Of a DNA stretch of 64,000 nucleotides, positions 60,201 through 64,000 are shown in pieces (position 1 is the first letter of the stretch; every line of letters starts with the position of its first letter). The position numbers and the translations under genes were made by a program. The stretch is from a virus. The notes below the pieces were generated by a model that was given only the letters and a program-made list of their open reading frames with translations, was not told the origin of the DNA and did no database searches. Location: positions 25,162-89,161 of IMG/VR virus record IMGVR_UViG_3300042295_000443; one strand, 5' to 3'.

Positions 60201-63200
60201 TATTATTATAGGCACTTGTTGTTGTATTAGTATTTAAATAAACTTTATCAGCATAATCTTTTTTTAATTTTGCTTCATCAACAAATATAGTATCACCAAC
60301 TACTTGTGCACCTCTTATAACTTTATCTTTTTGTTTAACTTTTAAATTGTTAAACTCAGATGGCATATTTGTTAACTCACCATTCTCATCTATAAAGTGA
60401 GACATGTAGTTTTGAAATATGTAATTAGGAATTGCATTTTTAAATTGTGTAATAAATTGACTTACACCATCTTGTCCTTTTCCAAATCTATCAGTTATAA
60501 GATTAGGATGTGTTTCTATTTTTTGAAGAATATAATTAGTCACCCTATCATTATTTCTTAATTGAAATAAAGGAATTATTAGATCTTTAATTAATTGGTT
60601 ATCAAAAAAGCTACCTAATATAGAATCTTGCATAGCTTCAACTAAACCATCATCTAATTTTGAAAGTTCTTTAGCATCTTCTAGTGATACATTTCTTCTA
60701 ACTATTTCTTGAATAGTTTTAGAAGTTTTAGTATCTGGATTACTTAATGATTTAAGAGTACTAAATCCTTTAGAAGATTTTTCAAGTTCTAGAACATGTA
60801 AGAAAACTGCAAGAGCTTTAGGAGAAGTTGAATCACCAGTCATGACAATATCTTCTAATTCTTTTAAACTAAATTCTTTTATACCTTTAGTAGCTGCTTT
60901 TGCTGTATAATAAAAATTTGCATTAGATACAGCAAATTCACCAATTTGTATAAAGACTCCAGTAGCTGGTAGTTTTCCTTGTTTAGGATAATTTACAGAA
61001 TAAAGTTGTTTTATATCAATAGTACCTTTAGAAAGATCATTAAGTAGCTTTTGCTTTGTAGTTGGTACTTTTTCTAAATCAAATACTTCTATAGCCTTAC
61101 CATTTCTATCAGTTCCTGGTTTAGTTCCTATAATAATATTTATCTCAATATCTTCTCCATAAGGAGTTTTTTTATTTAAAGCATCTTTAAGTTTTAAAAG
61201 ATTAGCTTCAGGCATAATCTTCTCTAAATTTTGTTTAATACTAGATTGATATAGACTTGATTCAAAAATAGATTTATAATTTAGTACATTATTTGCTGCA
61301 GTATATTTTGCAAATGCAATATTATAATCTTTATCAATTAATCCAGTAACTGGAGCATAAGCACTTTTTATAAATCTTTGTTGTTCAGCATATGCTCTTA
61401 CTAATGGTTGTGATACCATCATTATAGCTTCCATTCTAGGAACACCTGCTTTAAATAAGAAAAGTAACATTGGAACAAGTTCTAAATTTCCTTGTATAAA
61501 AAATATCCAAGCATCTTTTTCAGCATCTAGGGCACCATTTAAACTTTGAGAAAATAATTCTGAAATTTCATCCATTCCATCTGCACTATAAATACTTGAT
61601 AAAGATATTTTACCATCTTTAGTTTTATTGTGTGGAACTAATAGTCTTACATCATAATCAATATCTCCTTCAATTAATTTTCCAGCTTTATTATAACTTG
61701 ATTCTTTATAAGTTAAAGGCATTGTTGCACCAACTGAATTAAATATTGGATTTAATGCATTCTCTAGAGCTATAATACCTAATACTTTTTTAGCAACCAT
61801 GTTTTCATCATGCTTGGCCATATTGTATTCTACTTCTAATGTATTTGTTGGACTAATGCCTTGACTAGTAGCTCCTGTAAATTGTTTCTTTAAATTATCA
61901 GCAATTTCTTTTAATAAATATGTATCATTAGGTCTTATTAGGCTTACAAAATTATCTTCTAGTTCTAGAATACCTCTTATTGTAGTAATTAAATTATTTT
62001 CAGAAGCAGCTTTTTGTGATTTAATTAAATTAAAGACATCTTTTTTTCCATCTTTTGTTTTATTTAATCTAGCTACTTCAGCTTCTAAAGCTTCAGTAGA
62101 TATTCCTCCTTTAACAAAATTGCCATCTTTATCAATATGTGGTAAAAATGTAGTTAATTTATCAATGTCAAAGTCAGCTCCTGATTTAGCAACTATTTCT
62201 GTTGGAAGAATTATAATACCTCCAGCAGAAGGATCTAAAAACTCATATACTTCCATGAATTCCATAGAGTTAACTCCTTGTACTGGTATTCTAACACCAG
62301 TAAGAGTTACTGCTTTTCTGTTATCATCTTTATTTAACCATTCTTCATCTTTAATAAGTTCATTAAGTCTTTGTCTTGTTCCTATAGGTTCTCCATTTGT
62401 ATCTTTTAATTTTAAAAGATTTAAAAAGTCTCCTTGTAAAGAAATAGCAACTTTCATTGCAGATGTATTACTAACTAATTTTACTTTTGGTTTTTTACCA
62501 GCAAGTACAGCTTCTAAATAATCAGTTTCAACTCTTAAGTTGTATCTATTTCTAGCAGTATAGTAGTTTGCTTGATCTACTAGTATACCTTTATTTATTT
62601 TAAGTAATTCAGCAAGTTTTTCTTTAGTGTAGTCTTTATATTTAACATCAAGATCTGTAGACTCTTCACTAAAGAAAGGTAAATTATTTGTACCAATGTA
62701 TTTTTTTTGGTCTGCTAAAGTAGCATTTCTGAATCTTGTTTGTGAATCCCAAATTCCATTAGTCATAGAACTTGCTACTTGAACAAAAGCTTCACCTTTT
62801 ATATTTTGTTTAATTAATCTTTTTTCTACAAGAGAAACAAGAATCTTTTCTATCTCATCTGCTTTTAAGTGTAATGATAAATCAGTCTTAAGTGACTTGT
62901 CTCTATTGAGACCAACCATTTGAATTAGATGTTCTGGTAACTCTCTTTTTTCAAGTTCATCTTGAACAACATTTAAAAACTGATTAATGTTACCTGTATA
63001 CTTTTTAGTTTTAGGATCATATGTATATCCTATTTCATTAAGTAATTCAAGTTTAAGTACAGCACTGTGATGATCTACAGCAAGTTCATATGCTCTAATA
63101 GCTTCTCCATTCTTCTCTTCATTAATTATTTTGCCATTCTCATACATACCGTTAAGAATTAACTTTCTTAACTGAGTAGGAAATATTGTTTTATTTTTAA

Positions 63201-64000
63201 ATTTAGTTGGGACAGCTGTAACATTTTTTAAATACTCTACATAAATAACATTAGGTGTAAATTTAATGTCTGCCTTTAAAGTTTTATTATCAGTATTTTT
63301 TTCATAGATTTCATCTGCTACTGCTTCACCTTTTTCATTTACTTCAGATGTAACACTACCTACTTTAGAACCAGATTGAAAAGTAACATACTGAATATTC
63401 TTATTCATCATTTGCTCATGCAAAGATTGAAGATCAGAATTTTGAATCATACTTGGTATAAGAGGCATAAGTGAAAACTTATGCATTGCATTTACAGGTA
63501 ATCCTGTACCAGATAAGTGACCAAAATTTTGTAATTTATATGCTGGAAAGAACTCTGTTATATCTGCAACAGATACTTCAGTACCATTTATTATTTTTTG
63601 AAATAAAACTTCTTGAGCATTAGACCAATTATTTTCATTTGTTTTTAATAACCTATAGCCATCTAGTGTGATCCATCCTTGACCATCACCTTCTTCCATA
63701 TCTATATACTTGGAAACTTCTTGGTCTACTCTAGTTTTTACAGCAGCAGCAACTTGACCTTTAGGTAAAACTTTATTAAATCTTTTAGTATAATCTTTTG
63801 TTAAAGCATTTTCTATTTCTTCAAGATATAAGGATGTTCTCTTTACTTCTTGTATAATAGCTGTATTAAGTTTTCCATCATAATTAATAGTAGGGAAACC
63901 ATTCTTTGTTGCAGCATAAGATGTATTTGCTAAATATCCATTACTAAAATTTTGAGCAGCAATATCTGTTCTTATTGATCTACCTCCAGATGTTAATCCT
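57229..64000 (-). CDS. Virion RNA polymerase polyprotein (5' end outside window) with macro-like, AlkB and zincin domains
   Basis: Frame stays open from 63699 to 64000; RIP..G motif, GADFDIDK at 62161-62175 (DFDID as in phi14:2 gp66); HND/H/RxxxxxR; HEILH. Confidence 0.88.
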   Translation of the reverse strand, partial: GLTSGGRSIRTDIAAQNFSNGYLANTSYAATKNGFPTINYDGKLNTAIIQEVKRTSLYLEEIENALTKDYTKRFNKVLPKGQVAAAVKTRVDQEVSKYIDMEEGDGQGWITLDGYRLLKTNENNWSNAQEVLFQKIINGTEVSVADITEFFPAYKLQNFGHLSGTGLPVNAMHKFSLMPLIPSMIQNSDLQSLHEQMMNKNIQYVTFQSGSKVGSVTSEVNEKGEAVADEIYEKNTDNKTLKADIKFTPNVIYVEYLKNVTAVPTKFKNKTIFPTQLRKLILNGMYENGKIINEEKNGEAIRAYELAVDHHSAVLKLELLNEIGYTYDPKTKKYTGNINQFLNVVQDELEKRELPEHLIQMVGLNRDKSLKTDLSLHLKADEIEKILVSLVEKRLIKQNIKGEAFVQVASSMTNGIWDSQTRFRNATLADQKKYIGTNNLPFFSEESTDLDVKYKDYTKEKLAELLKINKGILVDQANYYTARNRYNLRVETDYLEAVLAGKKPKVKLVSNTSAMKVAISLQGDFLNLLKLKDTNGEPIGTRQRLNELIKDEEWLNKDDNRKAVTLTGVRIPVQGVNSMEFMEVYEFLDPSAGGIIILPTEIVAKSGADFDIDKLTTFLPHIDKDGNFVKGGISTEALEAEVARLNKTKDGKKDVFNLIKSQKAASENNLITTIRGILELEDNFVSLIRPNDTYLLKEIADNLKKQFTGATSQGISPTNTLEVEYNMAKHDENMVAKKVLGIIALENALNPIFNSVGATMPLTYKESSYNKAGKLIEGDIDYDVRLLVPHNKTKDGKISLSSIYSADGMDEISELFSQSLNGALDAEKDAWIFFIQGNLELVPMLLFLFKAGVPRMEAIMMVSQPLVRAYAEQQRFIKSAYAPVTGLIDKDYNIAFAKYTAANNVLNYKSIFESSLYQSSIKQNLEKIMPEANLLKLKDALNKKTPYGEDIEINIIIGTKPGTDRNGKAIEVFDLEKVPTTKQKLLNDLSKGTIDIKQLYSVNYPKQGKLPATGVFIQIGEFAVSNANFYYTAKAATKGIKEFSLKELEDIVMTGDSTSPKALAVFLHVLELEKSSKGFSTLKSLSNPDTKTSKTIQEIVRRNVSLEDAKELSKLDDGLVEAMQDSILGSFFDNQLIKDLIIPLFQLRNNDRVTNYILQKIETHPNLITDRFGKGQDGVSQFITQFKNAIPNYIFQNYMSHFIDENGELTNMPSEFNNLKVKQKDKVIRGAQVVGDTIFVDEAKLKKDYADKVYLNTNTTTSAYNNTGLKGFDTEDNMFPNESSYVRYVFEREYQRNAFPIDSLKTNKDYLKIKSILSNEGVPENQVSKLAYEEYTNQQALLNAYNGQAISGIENNSYTDMVMNIIQEFPQLKNKYPIISQFSKPLTITKVFAKTGEEAFGAPKVEIVQNFVLTLNDVKMLKDGQLAEIYYQNLLDLADSTIKKSSNTEDNARISKLFAQLPLMMIYQHGIGYSALGFNEALPYDDYLNVMQTASVIFEEKVLDVNTLNTIFNLLTNPLNKKIKNYVAPKATEFKKAPVVETPEVPVVNVEDLDSSVLALLKKNLVNKPIQPSTSVNSKSSIVKNNWTKDSPKENPNTAYIFTENINSIGSSRVGGGSAVIRNNPNAIGIVTKKYYVYEEDRATSKITGGWNQDFQDTEADFELFKKVNLEQFAKIDKYETKIFPQGFASDLAKIPTRFAEWLQNELLSRYGLVTELNANKTGLISKSITQPSTSVETEVVIPGVEIKRNVITKEEQLELFNILKPYIEKQGATTNKATSANVMIGLGLRWDYKSNNPNYKAIEIKNIIVPGSSAKYGYYEVSINGQPLGPINPRIKTLMSKATGIDATDYDGAIINLYKDETFISAHNDVDEAADAIGYPVLVLNIGGSGNFSVQQTGKYEPTPLNAGDSYIFGLNGQNRKVMHRTFPSKQDGFLPAITTEIDGKNYEKGSYRISITLRRVKNLEPGMPKTPAKVVTQLPSSIQENVISGNKPDVNIREKYFKDSEIVKVSVLLNAIGESNHPLNTLAKHLKSFANINDVDVLLKEQVGFNNNPNFLSRGFYDNYNNNISIAEFANVRNGQSETLLLHEILHALSYKALRKNNEFNKDFQKLYDHSINQLGKFNTKDLTGPYANYTIDEFFVALFTDAKFITQLKELAPADVKNYKNLFEEIIDAILNALGLNKGSSAYNQAFAIASNILQEESEQQESIRAYNESASFEDLSEAMRDREQYEAENNLNSPEGLPGIERTSLDCQ
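58792..59290. repeat. Perfect 19-bp direct repeat AACACTAGTAGATGGTTGA (QPSTSV linker)
   Basis: Copies at 58792-58810 and 59272-59290; degenerate third copy ~58048-58068 (TQLPSSI). Confidence 0.85.

Noticed and set aside
2287-62521. Antisense or nested short ORFs (2287, 5204, 5699, 6850, 9916, 10392, 11555, 16146, 24439, 31939, 36581, 40315, 41587, 41697, 42840, 43946, 44651, 45644, 46425, 48517, 50152, 51358, 54840, 56163, 62120)
   Set aside because: Shadows of well-supported genes
63697-63699. Track start of the RNAP gene
   Set aside because: Frame is open to position 64000; the true start lies outside the window
1-64000. Stop-codon reassignment as in some crAss-like phages; tRNA genes
   Set aside because: Long genes are intact in the standard code, TAG and TGA end credible genes, and no tRNA cloverleaf was recognised by eye

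Overview
AT-rich dsDNA phage genome segment of a crAss-like (Crassvirales-related, Bacteroidota-infecting) phage, read in the standard genetic code. Left, minus strand (<1-18015): late module with a scaffold-like gene, portal, terminase large subunit, PD-(D/E)xK nuclease, IHF-like protein, amidase/holin/u-spanin lysis cassette, tail-fibre-like genes, GroES, an Acb2/Tad1-like candidate and small basic proteins. Centre, plus strand (18.4-51.2 kb): early/middle module, then replication genes (SF2 helicase, UDG, DnaB, AAA, SSB, primase, vWA/MoxR pair, exonuclease, PolB). Right, minus strand (51.3->64 kb): two giant virion proteins, one being the virion RNA polymerase (DFDID motif). Most unusual signals: (1) seven copies of a GCC-TYC-GGC-AG-N8/9-ACAGCTT-N3-ACTNCT element, each heading a short cassette of a small ORF or small RNA; on the template strand it forms an N4-like C(GNA)G triloop hairpin, so these are candidate virion-RNAP promoters; (2) about 900 nt of densely structured non-coding RNA followed by two variant twister ribozymes that bracket a 50-aa ORF; (3) a loop-less ribosomal protein S10/NusE homologue just downstream; (4) macro-like and AlkB domains inserted in the RNAP polyprotein between QPSTSV linkers encoded by a perfect 19-bp direct repeat. 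All family assignments are from motif recognition, not database searches.
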